From Nitrospira sp. (lineage in GTDB: Bacteria; Nitrospirota; Nitrospiria; Nitrospirales; Nitrospiraceae), in the NCBI GenBank assembly GCA_047150005.1, contig AP038806.1, positions 320,001 to 384,000 of the forward strand: 64,000 nucleotides of DNA, in the 5' to 3' direction. Under the pieces are notes generated by a model. That model did no database searches and had not been told where the DNA came from. It saw only the letters and a program-made list of their open reading frames with translations. Of the stretch, positions 50,375 through 61,031 are shown piece after piece (within the stretch, counting starts at the first letter, position 1; each line of letters opens with the position of its first letter). The translations under genes were made by a program, and so were the position numbers.

Positions 50375-51424
50375 CTATCGAAGTCCAGACAATGTCAGCG
50401 CAAACAGCGAGTCCGACGCAGCAGCATCCTCGTGCACACTGATGCGCTTGAGCGCAAAGGCATCATGTGGCCGCCCATCTTCCAGTCCGATCTCGCAGCC
50501 GACCGCGCCAAGATAACCGGCAGCCTTTGTCAGGCTCTGAATTTTCCGATTGAAATTGCCGTTCGGATAGCAAAACACAGGAACCGGCGCGAGGTCGTGT
50601 TTGAGCAACGCCTCCCGAGACTCGATCAATTCTTCCTCGACTTCTGCGAGCGGAATGTTGGTCAGAATCCGGTGAGAACAGGAATGTGCTCCGAACGTAA
50701 TATTGTGCTTCGCCATTTCCTTCACTTCATTCCAATCCAATAGAACACGAACGCCCGGCGGCCTGACACCCAGTGCCTGACTTAACTGGTGGACGAATTC
50801 CGCAATGGTCTCAGGAGGAAGATTCTTACACTGCTCGATCAATCGATCGGAATTGACCGACACGTCTGATTCGGCCAATAGCGGCAAGCACGGCGTCGCA
50901 GCCCCCTCAGCCTGCGTGACCTTGGCCAACACGCTCACCAATGCACCATGGAAATCCTTCTCTCTCATTTGTTGCTGCGCCTGTCCGAGCACATAGGCCA
51001 GTTCGTCTGGCCAGAACCATCGTGAGGTACCGATGTAATCCGTGGCAAGAAAAATCGTGGCAGGGAGACCATACTTTTTGAGGACCGGAAAGGCATATCG
51101 ATAATTGTCATGCCAGCCGTCGTCGAACGTGATCACGCAATAGCGCTTGCTGGAATCCAACCCATCGGTGCGCCACTGTTCGAGCAGGTCTGCGAACGGC
51201 AGCACGACAAACCGCTCACGAAGGTATGCCGCATGCGCCTCGAAGGACTCGGTTCGAACGTACATTCCCGGCTGAATATGCTCGGCTCGGACCATGTCGT
51301 TGGGGACCACACGATGATAGGTGACAATGGCCACCCGCCCACGATTCCGAACATGCGCCAGTCCGGAATAATAATAGGTCTCCGCCAGCAGTTTCCACGC
51401 CGTTGCCTTGAACTCGGCTAACAC
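50375..51424 (-). CDS. Polysaccharide deacetylase (CE4/NodB-like)
   Basis: TYHRV, ITFDDGW, GAHSCSH, FCYPNG; GTG start with AAGGAG upstream. Confidence 0.92.
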   Translation of the reverse strand: MLAEFKATAWKLLAETYYYSGLAHVRNRGRVAIVTYHRVVPNDMVRAEHIQPGMYVRTESFEAHAAYLRERFVVLPFADLLEQWRTDGLDSSKRYCVITFDDGWHDNYRYAFPVLKKYGLPATIFLATDYIGTSRWFWPDELAYVLGQAQQQMREKDFHGALVSVLAKVTQAEGAATPCLPLLAESDVSVNSDRLIEQCKNLPPETIAEFVHQLSQALGVRPPGVRVLLDWNEVKEMAKHNITFGAHSCSHRILTNIPLAEVEEELIESREALLKHDLAPVPVFCYPNGNFNRKIQSLTKAAGYLGAVGCEIGLEDGRPHDAFALKRISVHEDAAASDSLFALTLSGLR

Positions 51425-51550
51425 GTCGACTCCTTGATGCGGTACGCCTGAGAACACGGCGGGAACTGGGAGTGAGCGACAAAACACCGTACGAACAAAG
51501 GGACAAGCCCGCATACTTGCGGCGCCTGTCCCTTGGCAAATTGCACTGGA

Positions 51551-51703
51551 CTAGAACAGCGTATAGATGAAAGGCGCAACGGCCGATCCCTGCGTGAGGA
51601 CGATGAGACTCCCCAATAACACGAGAACCAATATAATCGGCAGAAGCCAAAACTTCTTCCGCTCGCGCATGAACGCCCACAATTCCTGAAGAAACTCTCC
51701 CAT
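51551..51703 (-). CDS. DUF5989/SxtK-like small membrane protein (50 aa, missing from the ORF track)
   Basis: Manual translation MGEFLQELWAFMRERKKFWLLPIILVLVLLGSLIVLTQGSAVAPFIYTLF; AGGAGG upstream. Confidence 0.9.
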   Translation of the reverse strand: MGEFLQELWAFMRERKKFWLLPIILVLVLLGSLIVLTQGSAVAPFIYTLF

Positions 51704-51742
51704 CTGTCATCCTCCTAATACCAGCGTGCTGCCGTCGCGACG

Positions 51743-52141
51743 CTAGAACATGTTCTTCATATGTGTGGCTGGCCTGGGTGGATGCGTCACACGATACGTT
51801 GTCGCGTCAGGGTCAAAACCTCTCCTCATGGGATCCCGGCCGGTTAGTTTCATGATCACTCCCATCGGGGTAATAATGCCATAAAACAATATGCCCAGGA
51901 TGATGCGGGTATTGATCCACCCCAGGGCATGCCCGATGAACATCCACCCACGGTACGGTTCCCGCAATAGGCTGGGCGCCGCTAGTCCCGTGGTAGCCAA
52001 GAGTCCACCCAATCCAACCGCCCACACACGCACCGGATCCTGTCGCCACACAAATGGAAACAACCCGATCAGGAGAAATACTCCACCCACTAACAGCCCG
52101 AATTGTCGTAATGTTGTCTTGGTAATCTCTTCATGCTCCAT
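51743..52141 (-). CDS. SxtJ-family membrane protein
   Basis: LRQFGL, WMFIGHALGWINTRIILG, GRDPM, MKNMF. Confidence 0.88.
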   Translation of the reverse strand: MEHEEITKTTLRQFGLLVGGVFLLIGLFPFVWRQDPVRVWAVGLGGLLATTGLAAPSLLREPYRGWMFIGHALGWINTRIILGILFYGIITPMGVIMKLTGRDPMRRGFDPDATTYRVTHPPRPATHMKNMF

Positions 52142-52209
52142 AGAATATCCTTACCATTGCGTCAGTTCGAAGATCCTAACTCATGATCCAAGGTCATTTT
52201 GATCAGTCT

Positions 52210-53379
52210 TTACCGCTTCGACGGATTCCAGGACACGATGCGCTCGCCTCTAAAATACCGTATCCATGCGTCAAGAATCGAAATATTGACCATGACGAAG
52301 AACGACGGAATGCGCAAGACTCCGATATTGGGCAACTGCTGCGTGATCAACGTGATCAAGTAGAGAAAAGCAAGAACATAGAACGCCACTTGGGCCAACA
52401 GCATAACCTGATAGAACGGTGACGACGCGGCAAGGACAAGGTTCGAAAGCAGCGCGCCGATCATGGCAAACGGAACCAACCACCGGCACAGTTTATGGCT
52501 CAACAGCTGCCAGGCAAACAAGCGATACCGGACAGGGTTGAGCAACGGTAAGCTTCGCATGAATACCGAAATCCCTCGCACGACGGTCCGTACTTTCCGT
52601 TCGTATTCCTTCTTCTGATCGACCAGGTTCTTATAATATCCGATGCTGTCCGGATCGGCGATACCCCGAAGTCCGAGCCGAACGCTGTTCAACAGCGTGT
52701 TGAAGTCGCTTTGCAGGTCCGGCGCCCAGTTTCGACATACCTCCCGCCGCGCAGAAAAAAACGAGCCGCTGAGCCCGACCAGAGTATTGACTCTGGACTC
52801 CAGGCTACGCAAGGCCATTTCGTATCGGACGTAGGCGCCTTCCCCGCTGACGACCCCGTCGGTATCGATAAACCGATCGACGCTGCTGACGCATCCGACG
52901 GTTTCATCTGAAAAGTTGTTGACGATTTCAATAATAGACTTGGGCTCGAGTATGGTGGCCGTATCGGAGAACACCAAGATATCTCCGGTGGTGGATTCGA
53001 CCGCCAACTTCTGAGCAGCCTCCTTTCCGGCTTTGATATTCGAGCGAACCAGACGCACTCCAAAGGATGCAAATGAACGCACAATGTCGTCGGTCCCATC
53101 GGTAGAACAATCGGACGCGACGACCAGTTCGAGTCTCTCTCGTGGATACTCCAGCTTGAGAGTATTCTCCAATTTCTCGCGTATCCGCTTTTCCTCATTG
53201 TAGGCGGTGATGATGACCGCCACGGTCGGCCTCAACTCCGACTTCCTCACCGGTCTGCTCCGGAGCAACCCGATGGCAGAGAGGCACAGCGGGTATCCGA
53301 CATAGGCATACCCGATGAAACCGACCGACAACCAGAAGAACGCTTCCATACCGTCTTGCACCATCATTGAGAACTGCAT
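52210..53379 (-). CDS. Glycosyltransferase family 2, membrane-bound
   Basis: YAYVGYP, AYNEE, ASDCSTDGTD, SHKLCRW. Confidence 0.92.
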   Translation of the reverse strand: MQFSMMVQDGMEAFFWLSVGFIGYAYVGYPLCLSAIGLLRSRPVRKSELRPTVAVIITAYNEEKRIREKLENTLKLEYPRERLELVVASDCSTDGTDDIVRSFASFGVRLVRSNIKAGKEAAQKLAVESTTGDILVFSDTATILEPKSIIEIVNNFSDETVGCVSSVDRFIDTDGVVSGEGAYVRYEMALRSLESRVNTLVGLSGSFFSARREVCRNWAPDLQSDFNTLLNSVRLGLRGIADPDSIGYYKNLVDQKKEYERKVRTVVRGISVFMRSLPLLNPVRYRLFAWQLLSHKLCRWLVPFAMIGALLSNLVLAASSPFYQVMLLAQVAFYVLAFLYLITLITQQLPNIGVLRIPSFFVMVNISILDAWIRYFRGERIVSWNPSKR

Positions 53380-54614
53380 TGATCAACCGGGACGGAACAC
53401 GCTCCGGTGTTCCTGGACTGCGATTTCGAAACTCCCAAGACCCGGTGGATCGTCAAGCGATCCGATTCCGTCACAAATTCGTGGGTCGGCAGGGTCACCA
53501 ATCGGTCGACGACTTCTTGTGCCCCCGGGCATTTCCGGTCGATGATCCGCCCGGCCAATTCGGGAATGTCCTGAATGGTCGTGGGATAGCTCGAACTTAC
53601 TCCAGCACCATATTCTTGACTGCGCGCACAGGCCTCGCGTTTGGCGGTTTTGTCTCGTAAGAGGACCGGCAACCTGAGATAGACGCCATCGGGATGGGTG
53701 ATCGGCTGCAGGCCGTTGAGATCCTGGTCGAGTCCTTTTAACAATCTTCCCGCACAAGCCGTGCGGTCTCTGTTTGCTTTGGTCAGTCGCCGATCCCAGC
53801 CCGCCAATTGACGGCCTCGGACCTCGTCCATGCGACACACCGGAAAATCCATATAGAACTTTGTTTCCCCGAGACCAAGAATCGGAAGTCCAGCCGGGAA
53901 CCAATACCAGGATGGCCGGATGAAGGTCCGCATGAGCGCCAACTCAATCCAATTACGAAAGATTTCGCAGAAGGAAGGAGCCGGCAACTTCGTGTATTCG
54001 CTGCGGATCGCTTCAGTCAAAATCTGTGACTTTGTGACGATGATTCCACCCGTCCCGCTCGTGAGATTCTTTCCACGACCGAGACTGAAAAACGACACGT
54101 CCCCTTCAGTACCCACGAGGCCGTTTTCAGATCCTCCCCCCATCGCCTGGGCGGCATCCTCGACGACGGTGATGCCTTGCGCGCTACACAACCGCATCAC
54201 GCGTTGCACATCAGCCGGAAGGCCGAATAGATGAGTCGGCACGACGCAGAGGATATCCTCGTTCACGAGCCGCTCCAACTCTGTGAACTCGAAATCCAGC
54301 GTGTGGGGATTCACATCGCACAAAACAACCTCTAGGCCGGCCTTCACGATCGCCGACGGCACCGAGTAGCAGGTATAGGCAGGAATGATCACCCTCCGTC
54401 GTCTGGAACCGGCCGCCAGGGCCTTAAGAATCACCACTAGCGCGGCTTTCCCCGACGAAACAAGAAACACACCCCTGGCCTGAAACTTGGTCTCCAGTTC
54501 TCGGATCAACCGTTCACGGTATTTCCGTCCTCCGGCGAGTCCTGCTAGGGAGCCCATGAGGTTGGAGACAGAAAGCGGAGCTGATGTGGGAGCCAGAGTC
54601 CGCTGCGGCTTCAT
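53364..54614 (-). CDS. DegT/DnrJ/EryC1/StrS-family PLP aminotransferase
   Basis: SSGKAAL, THLFG, VEDAAQA, FSLGRGK, LVTLPTH. Confidence 0.85.
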   Translation of the reverse strand: MKPQRTLAPTSAPLSVSNLMGSLAGLAGGRKYRERLIRELETKFQARGVFLVSSGKAALVVILKALAAGSRRRRVIIPAYTCYSVPSAIVKAGLEVVLCDVNPHTLDFEFTELERLVNEDILCVVPTHLFGLPADVQRVMRLCSAQGITVVEDAAQAMGGGSENGLVGTEGDVSFFSLGRGKNLTSGTGGIIVTKSQILTEAIRSEYTKLPAPSFCEIFRNWIELALMRTFIRPSWYWFPAGLPILGLGETKFYMDFPVCRMDEVRGRQLAGWDRRLTKANRDRTACAGRLLKGLDQDLNGLQPITHPDGVYLRLPVLLRDKTAKREACARSQEYGAGVSSSYPTTIQDIPELAGRIIDRKCPGAQEVVDRLVTLPTHEFVTESDRLTIHRVLGVSKSQSRNTGACSVPVDQCSSQ

Positions 54615-55645
54615 GGCAAGTACTTGACGATATGAGGACCGATCAAGTTGGCGGCGAAGAGTGGGAGATGCTGCCACATGCTGATGGCCATCTTGAACTT
54701 CGGATTGTCAGGATTGAGTCGAGGCATATCACGACCTTGGGCGAGCCAATAGTACCAATACAGCGGTCGCGGCTGAGCCCCCCATTGTTGCTTGAAGCGG
54801 TACGTCCCGCTGTCTACGGATGACCGTCCAAAATCAAACTCGGTGAATCCTTCACGGCAGGCATATTCCAGAACGGTATGATACAGCAGCATATTGGGTG
54901 CAAGCCGGCCATATCGCTTATCTGATGCTGCCCAGGGGATTTCCAATAGCCGGCGGAATCCATAGATGAACCCCGCCGCAAGCGGTTTCCGCTGTAGCGA
55001 CACGACACACAGACCTGTTTCCTTGGGAAACGCATCGACAATCGCTCGGAAGAAACCCTTTTCGTATACGGGGGTGCCGAGATCTCTCATACATCGGGAA
55101 AAGACCCCATAGTAATCATTCAATAGCTCTCCGCCTCCGATGCGAACCTCCATTCCTTCTTTTTGTCCACGCCGGATCTGACTTCGCAGCTTTGAGGGAT
55201 AGGCTTTGAACAAAGCTTCAGGATCCGAAGGCAAGGCCAGGCGCATGGACACCTTGTGACGACTTACCGGCCAATCAGTGTCCAACGGCGCCGTCTGTCT
55301 CAATTCGATATGACCGGCTCCAAGCTCGCTGGCAAGATCGCCGGCCCGTACCAGCAACTCCTCGACGGCCTCTTGATCCTCTGCTAGGACCCCCCCATAG
55401 TTAAAGAACGCGACGGACGTTAAGAAGTTTCCGAACAGCGGGTTCCTCGTCAGAACCAGCGGAAGCACGCCACGGACCGTATCGTGGTCGTCCTTCGCCA
55501 TCAAGTAAAAGGTGGAGTGCCCGAATACGCGAGTCACGACTTCTCGCCAGGCCAGAGTATGGTAGCCGGAGGCATCCGGCCTGCTCAACACAAATGCATC
55601 CCATAGCGCGGCATCAGTGGCAGTATTCAGAAGGACAACGTTCAT
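54611..55645 (-). CDS. FemAB-related GNAT protein of the PEP-CTERM/exosortase-associated type
   Basis: WDAFV, FFNYGG, KLRSQIRR, MRDLGTPV, FDFGRS..DSGTYRFKQQWGA, LNPDNPKF. Confidence 0.85.
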   Translation of the reverse strand: MNVVLLNTATDAALWDAFVLSRPDASGYHTLAWREVVTRVFGHSTFYLMAKDDHDTVRGVLPLVLTRNPLFGNFLTSVAFFNYGGVLAEDQEAVEELLVRAGDLASELGAGHIELRQTAPLDTDWPVSRHKVSMRLALPSDPEALFKAYPSKLRSQIRRGQKEGMEVRIGGGELLNDYYGVFSRCMRDLGTPVYEKGFFRAIVDAFPKETGLCVVSLQRKPLAAGFIYGFRRLLEIPWAASDKRYGRLAPNMLLYHTVLEYACREGFTEFDFGRSSVDSGTYRFKQQWGAQPRPLYWYYWLAQGRDMPRLNPDNPKFKMAISMWQHLPLFAANLIGPHIVKYLP

Positions 55646-55686
55646 GGATTTCCTGTCCGGAGGAGAACGACGAAGAGAACCGCCGT

Positions 55687-56922
55687 TCAATTCACCTGAT
55701 GAGACTGCCCGTTGCGAGAAGTGACTACCGAGTCGATCGCCGTCTCCAGCGAGCGAGCCATGGCGGCCCATGAATGCCGTTCACGCACCCGAGCCAATCC
55801 GTTCACGCCCAGGCAGTGGGCCTCAGTCGGGTTTTCCAGCAAGTGCACGACCTTGTTGGCAAAGGTTTGCGCGTCGCCCGCGAGCATCACTTCACGGTTA
55901 TCGACAAGATCCAAGCCTTCAATGCTGAGTGGGGTTGCGACAGTGGCCTTTTCCATCGCCATTGCGATCAAAATCTTGTTCTTCACGCCGGTCCCGAGTC
56001 TCAGAGGGCAGACCACCAATGCGGATGACCTCACGAAGGGCCGCACATCTGCGACCTCGCCGGTGACGTGGATGCCTGGTCGGTGCGCCAGATTACGAAT
56101 GTCTTCTGATGGACCGTTTCCAACGATCCAGAACTGCGCGTTGGGACGCTTCGCCCTGATCAGAGGGAAGATCTCTTCCGAGAAATAGAGTGCCGCGTCT
56201 TGATTGGGCGGATATGCCATCACGCCGGTGAATACTAGCTTATCCGTCTCCCCTTGACTCTGTCCGGGCGAGAAGTAGTCCATATCCACCCCGTTCGTCA
56301 CGGTCAGCGTGTTCGAAGAGGCCGACAACTGCTTGATAACCCCTTCGTCAACGGCGGAATTCATTACAACCAGATCGAAGAATTTACCGACAGAGCGTTC
56401 AAGTTGCCTGGCTCGTACCAGATGGACCCAAGCGGACAACTTCTTCGATAGCCTTCGTTCCGACCGTAATACGCGGACTCCCATTAGCGTAATGGAATCC
56501 GTCAGATCCACGATTGCGGGAATCGCCCGATGCTCTCCAACATATTCCGTCATGAAAATCAGATCGGCGTAAATCAGATCCACTTTCTCCGCGACACACA
56601 GCGCTTCGATCTTTGCCCGTATCATGCGATAGTAGGCCGGCTGCCGGTACCGCGTCTCGAAAAATGCCCCCAGATTCGCGCGATGCCATTGCTGTCCCCA
56701 CCATGTCGGCCGCGGCGGATCCGGCAAAATCTCAACACGCGAGAAGATCCTGGCGGAGGTGGGGTCATTGAGAAATGTCCGGTATCGCTCTCGCGATGAG
56801 CAGCGGCAGGCCAACAACAACTCATGGCGCCTGGAAAGTTCCCGACAGAGGCTGAACAATCTTGGAGATCCTGGCATACCTGAAGTAGCAGGAACATCGG
56901 ATGTCAGCACCAGTATCTTCAT
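55687..56922 (-). CDS. Glycosyltransferase family 4
   Basis: NGVD..YF, FTGVMAYPPNQDA, PLRLGTGVKNKIL. Confidence 0.9.
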   Translation of the reverse strand: MKILVLTSDVPATSGMPGSPRLFSLCRELSRRHELLLACRCSSRERYRTFLNDPTSARIFSRVEILPDPPRPTWWGQQWHRANLGAFFETRYRQPAYYRMIRAKIEALCVAEKVDLIYADLIFMTEYVGEHRAIPAIVDLTDSITLMGVRVLRSERRLSKKLSAWVHLVRARQLERSVGKFFDLVVMNSAVDEGVIKQLSASSNTLTVTNGVDMDYFSPGQSQGETDKLVFTGVMAYPPNQDAALYFSEEIFPLIRAKRPNAQFWIVGNGPSEDIRNLAHRPGIHVTGEVADVRPFVRSSALVVCPLRLGTGVKNKILIAMAMEKATVATPLSIEGLDLVDNREVMLAGDAQTFANKVVHLLENPTEAHCLGVNGLARVRERHSWAAMARSLETAIDSVVTSRNGQSHQVN

Positions 56923-56989
56923 GATCTACGTCTTGCGTGATTACCTTGATCGTCGCATGCCATCGCGAACCACGCCGCGGCACAGGACG

Positions 56990-58000
56990 TCATTCCGTTA
57001 CGACCCGGCTGAAGTATTCAATGGTCTTTCGGAGACCATCCTCAAGCTCCACCTCCGGTTCCCACCCCAGCAACTGTTTCGCAAGACGAATGTCGGGGCG
57101 TCGAACCTTTGGATCATCGGCAGGCAGCGGCCTATACTCGATCTGGCTCTTGGAGCCGGTCAACTTGAGCACGAGCTCGGCAATGCCTTTGACGGTCAAC
57201 TCTCGAGGATTGCCGATATTGACGGGATCATGGATGGTTTCAGGCAAGGGTTGCGTGGATTTGGTCAGGAATTTCGCTCGGTTCGTTCGTTCCTCTACCG
57301 GCTTGTCTGAGTCGATCAATAGGAGCACCGTAATGCCGCGAACCAAGTCGTCGACATAGCAGAAGCTTCTGGTCTGACTCCCATCGCCGAATATCGTCAA
57401 TGGTTTCCCCTGTAAAGCTTGCACCACGAAGTTGGACACGACCCGCCCGTCGTGAGGACGCATCCTCGGACCATACGTGTTGAAAATCCTGACGATACGG
57501 GTGTCGACTCCATGATACCGGTGATAGGCCATCGTCATGGCTTCCGCAAACCGCTTTGCCTCGTCATAGACGCCACGTGGGCTGATGGGATTCACATTCC
57601 CCCAATAGGTTTCCGGTTGGGGGTTGACCAACGGATCGCCATAGACTTCCGACGTGCTTGCCAACAACAACCGAGCGTGCTTCGCCTTAGCCAAGCCCAG
57701 CACTTTGTGCGTGCCCAGCGCACCGACTTTCATAGTTGCAATGGGCATCTCCAGATAGTCCTGCGGACTAGCCGGCGACGCAAAATGCAAAATCGCATCG
57801 AGCGAGCCGTCGACATGAATATAGTCGCACACGTTATATTTCACGAAACTGAACCGAGGATGTCCCATCAAATGTGCGATATTTTCCGCCCGTCCGGTGA
57901 TCAGATTGTCCATGACGATTACGTCATGTCCCTTTCCGATCAGCAGATCGCTAAGGTGACTGCCCAGGAATCCTGCGCCTCCGGTGATGAGAACCCGCAT
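56990..58000 (-). CDS. UDP-glucuronate decarboxylase (UDP-xylose synthase) family SDR
   Basis: [51 protein letters not shown]. Confidence 0.95.
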   Translation of the reverse strand: MRVLITGGAGFLGSHLSDLLIGKGHDVIVMDNLITGRAENIAHLMGHPRFSFVKYNVCDYIHVDGSLDAILHFASPASPQDYLEMPIATMKVGALGTHKVLGLAKAKHARLLLASTSEVYGDPLVNPQPETYWGNVNPISPRGVYDEAKRFAEAMTMAYHRYHGVDTRIVRIFNTYGPRMRPHDGRVVSNFVVQALQGKPLTIFGDGSQTRSFCYVDDLVRGITVLLLIDSDKPVEERTNRAKFLTKSTQPLPETIHDPVNIGNPRELTVKGIAELVLKLTGSKSQIEYRPLPADDPKVRRPDIRLAKQLLGWEPEVELEDGLRKTIEYFSRVVTE

Positions 58001-58018
58001 AGCCGTGCCTCCCTCTCT

Positions 58019-59866
58019 CTAGTCCAATTCAAACTCCTTTTTCCAATCCGTATCTTCCGCCATCGGCGCTTGATCCTGCTTGTACAGCACGCAATTCTCG
58101 AGGACGAGAACGTCCATTTCGGTACGCATGAAGCACCGATAGGCATCCTCCGGCGTGCAGACGATCGGCTCCCCTCGTACATTGAACGAGGTATTGACCA
58201 GGACCGCATAGCCTGTCAACGCCTCAAATGCTTTCAATAGGTTGTAGTACCGTGGATTGGTCTCCTGATGAATCGTTTGAACTCTCGCCGAGTAATCGAG
58301 GTGTGTGACGGCGGGGATATCCGATCTCGGCACATTCAGCAAGTCGATGCCCCAGAGATCTTTCTGCGCAGCGGTCATCGGCCGGCGTCGTTTTTCCAGC
58401 ACCGGCGCCACGATTAGCATGTACGGACTATCCGAGCGCAGATCGAAATAGTCTGACACGCGCTCACGCAATACCGACGGCGCGAACGGTCTGAATGACT
58501 CACGATACTTGATTTTCAGGTTCATGACCGACTGCATCTTCGCACTTCTCGCATCTCCGAGAATGCTGCGTCCCCCCAGGGCCCGGGGACCGAACTCCAT
58601 GCGCCCCTGCAGCCATCCCACGACCTTCTCTTGGGCAAGGTCCTGTGCAACGCGCTGAAAGATTTCCGAATCGGGCAGCCTGGTATAGGGAGCGCCCTTC
58701 TGCTTCAGAAAGGCCTCGATCTCTTCGTTGGTATGAGCCGGTCCCAAGTAGGACCCGTGCATTCGGTCCTGCTTTCCATTCGAGATTCGAGGCTGATTCT
58801 CATATTGGTGCCAGACGCTCAATGCCGCGCCCAACGCCCCTCCTGCATCACCGGCTGCAGGTTGGATCCAGAGATCCTTGAACGGACCCTCCCTCAGAAT
58901 GCGACCGTTTCCAACGCAATTGAGCGCCACACCTCCGGCCAGACACAGATAGTCGAGACCTGTCTCTTGGTGGAGCGACCGCGCAATACGGAGCATCACT
59001 TCCTCGGTCACCTCTTGAACAGAACGGGCGAGATCCATTTCTCGCTGCGTCAATTTAGACTCCGGTTTTCGCGGAGGCCCACCGAACAGGTCGTCGAACT
59101 TGTTTCCCGTCATGGTCAGACCGGTGCAGTAGTTAAAATACTCCATGTTCATCCGGAAGGTACCGTCCGGCTTGATATCGATGAGATGGTCATAAATGGC
59201 TTTCGCATACTTTGGCTCCCCGTACGGCGCGAGGCCCATAACTTTGTATTCTCCAGAATTCACCTTGAAGCCGGTGTAATACGTAAACGCCGAATACAAC
59301 AGTCCGAGCGAGTGTGGAAATGGGATCTCCCATAGCGACATCAATCGATTGCCTTGCCCTTTCCAGGCAGACGTTGTGGCCCATTCCCCCACGCCGTCCA
59401 TGCAGAGCACCGCGGCAGAATCGTAGGGGGACGCGAAGAATGCCGAGGCTGCGTGCGATTCATGGTGCTCAGAAAAGAGCAATTGCGGAAGGTCGCGCTT
59501 TTTCAGCCGGTGATCGTGCTTCAGAAATTCCTCACACAGCAGCGTCTTCAGGAGCAGCTTCTCTTTCATCCAGACTGGCATTGCAGCCAAGAACGACTGC
59601 AGACCGGTCGGCGCAAAGGCCAGATAAGTTTCCAAGAGCCGCTCAAATTTCACCAGCGGCTTGTCGTAGAATACCAATCGGCTCACTTCACCCAGTCGGA
59701 TTCCCACAGTCTGCAGACAATAATCAATGGCCCGATGGGGGAATCCGGGATCGTGTTTCTTCCTGGTAAATCGCTCCTCCTGTGCCGCCGCGAGAATTTC
59801 ACCGTCTCGCACAAGACAAGCGGCGCTATCATGATAGTAGGCCGATATGCCGAGAATAGCGCTCAT
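58019..59866 (-). CDS. NodU/CmcH-family O-carbamoyltransferase
   Basis: YHDSAA, EERFTRKKHD, EHHESHAASAF, GEYKVMGLAPYG, AGGVALNC, EFGPRALG, KYRESFRPFAP, NTSFN. Confidence 0.96.
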   Translation of the reverse strand: MSAILGISAYYHDSAACLVRDGEILAAAQEERFTRKKHDPGFPHRAIDYCLQTVGIRLGEVSRLVFYDKPLVKFERLLETYLAFAPTGLQSFLAAMPVWMKEKLLLKTLLCEEFLKHDHRLKKRDLPQLLFSEHHESHAASAFFASPYDSAAVLCMDGVGEWATTSAWKGQGNRLMSLWEIPFPHSLGLLYSAFTYYTGFKVNSGEYKVMGLAPYGEPKYAKAIYDHLIDIKPDGTFRMNMEYFNYCTGLTMTGNKFDDLFGGPPRKPESKLTQREMDLARSVQEVTEEVMLRIARSLHQETGLDYLCLAGGVALNCVGNGRILREGPFKDLWIQPAAGDAGGALGAALSVWHQYENQPRISNGKQDRMHGSYLGPAHTNEEIEAFLKQKGAPYTRLPDSEIFQRVAQDLAQEKVVGWLQGRMEFGPRALGGRSILGDARSAKMQSVMNLKIKYRESFRPFAPSVLRERVSDYFDLRSDSPYMLIVAPVLEKRRRPMTAAQKDLWGIDLLNVPRSDIPAVTHLDYSARVQTIHQETNPRYYNLLKAFEALTGYAVLVNTSFNVRGEPIVCTPEDAYRCFMRTEMDVLVLENCVLYKQDQAPMAEDTDWKKEFELD

Positions 59867-59904
59867 CAGAATATTCTCTCAGTTTTCCATGACACCAGTC
59901 GGTT

Positions 59905-60945
59905 CTAGTACCCTCGCAACTGCTTCAACCTGCGAATTGCGCCGCCTCCCAAGAAGGTCATGAACAACCCTTTCCACGACAGCCAGTAATTGGCTTCTTT
60001 CAGGCTCCGCAAATAATGTTGCCGTGCCGCTTTCATGTCTTCCGCCATCTGATGACAGTATCCAAGCGCAAAAAACTGCATCGCAAGTTTCTTGCGGACC
60101 TTCCTCCGCGTGGAACACGGAAGCGGGTGATTCAATTGTTTCTGCATGACTTGTATGGAGTGGGGAACCAATTTCGCATCGCCAAGGCCCGTTATTCCGT
60201 CCAGTCTGACCCGGTAGCGATGACCGACCATATCGATGAATCCGATGTCATATGCATACGCAATTCTCAGCCATAAATCGTAGTCTTCGGGACCTCTCAA
60301 ACGTACGTCAAAGGGACCAACATCCGCTAGAACCGCCTTGGGGACGACGACTCCTGACGTACCGATATAGTTCTCCACAATCAAGGCGTCATAGGCTGCC
60401 TCAGTGTTGAGGATATACTGGGAAACTCCCACGGACCGCTTCGGAGCTCTTTTGAAGTATTCGTAGGTGTCCAGAAATGCGCCGGCATGTTGACCATTTA
60501 CTTCGTCAAATTTCACGAAATCGGCAAAGACGAGACCGAGATTCGGCTGACGATCCAGAAGGTCCACGGCACATTGAATCTTACCAGGAAGCATGATGTC
60601 ATCTGAATCCAGAAATGCGACATACTTGCCTTGCGCATGCTGGATTCCCGTATTTCTGGGACCGGAAGGACCGCCGCTGTTCTGCTGATACACATACTTC
60701 ACCCGATCGGACTCAACGTTCGCCACCACCTCTTTCGTGTGATCGGTTGATCCATCGTCGACGACGATCACTTCGAGCTTTGGGTAGTCCTGTCGGATAA
60801 CGGAATCCAGGGTGTCCACAATGTAGCTCGCACAGTTGTACGCGGGAATCACGACGGACACCAGGGCAGGATTGTTAGCATCGTCAGGAGGCATGGCCTC
60901 TCTGCGCTTATCGGATGCTGGCGTTGCGGAAGTCATCTCTTCCAT
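59905..60945 (-). CDS. Glycosyltransferase family 2
   Basis: VSVVIPAYN, VDDGSTD, FLDSDD, EDYDLWLR. Confidence 0.93.
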   Translation of the reverse strand: MEEMTSATPASDKRREAMPPDDANNPALVSVVIPAYNCASYIVDTLDSVIRQDYPKLEVIVVDDGSTDHTKEVVANVESDRVKYVYQQNSGGPSGPRNTGIQHAQGKYVAFLDSDDIMLPGKIQCAVDLLDRQPNLGLVFADFVKFDEVNGQHAGAFLDTYEYFKRAPKRSVGVSQYILNTEAAYDALIVENYIGTSGVVVPKAVLADVGPFDVRLRGPEDYDLWLRIAYAYDIGFIDMVGHRYRVRLDGITGLGDAKLVPHSIQVMQKQLNHPLPCSTRRKVRKKLAMQFFALGYCHQMAEDMKAARQHYLRSLKEANYWLSWKGLFMTFLGGGAIRRLKQLRGY

Positions 60946-61031
60946 GGTCGGCTGACTCTCGTTCCACCTCGGTCAGGGAATAGATCAAGCCTCTAGTGCT
61001 GTGCTTGAGTGCTGTTACGAGGCTCAGTCTT

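Noticed and set aside
51216..51710. 164-aa minus-strand ORF
   Set aside because: Wrong frame. The real gene is the 50-aa DUF5989-like ORF at 51551-51703, and the longer ORF overlaps the deacetylase.
51551..59866. Saxitoxin biosynthesis
   Set aside because: Only SxtI/J/K-like genes are present. There is no sxtA or sxtG-like gene, and the context is glycosyltransferases.
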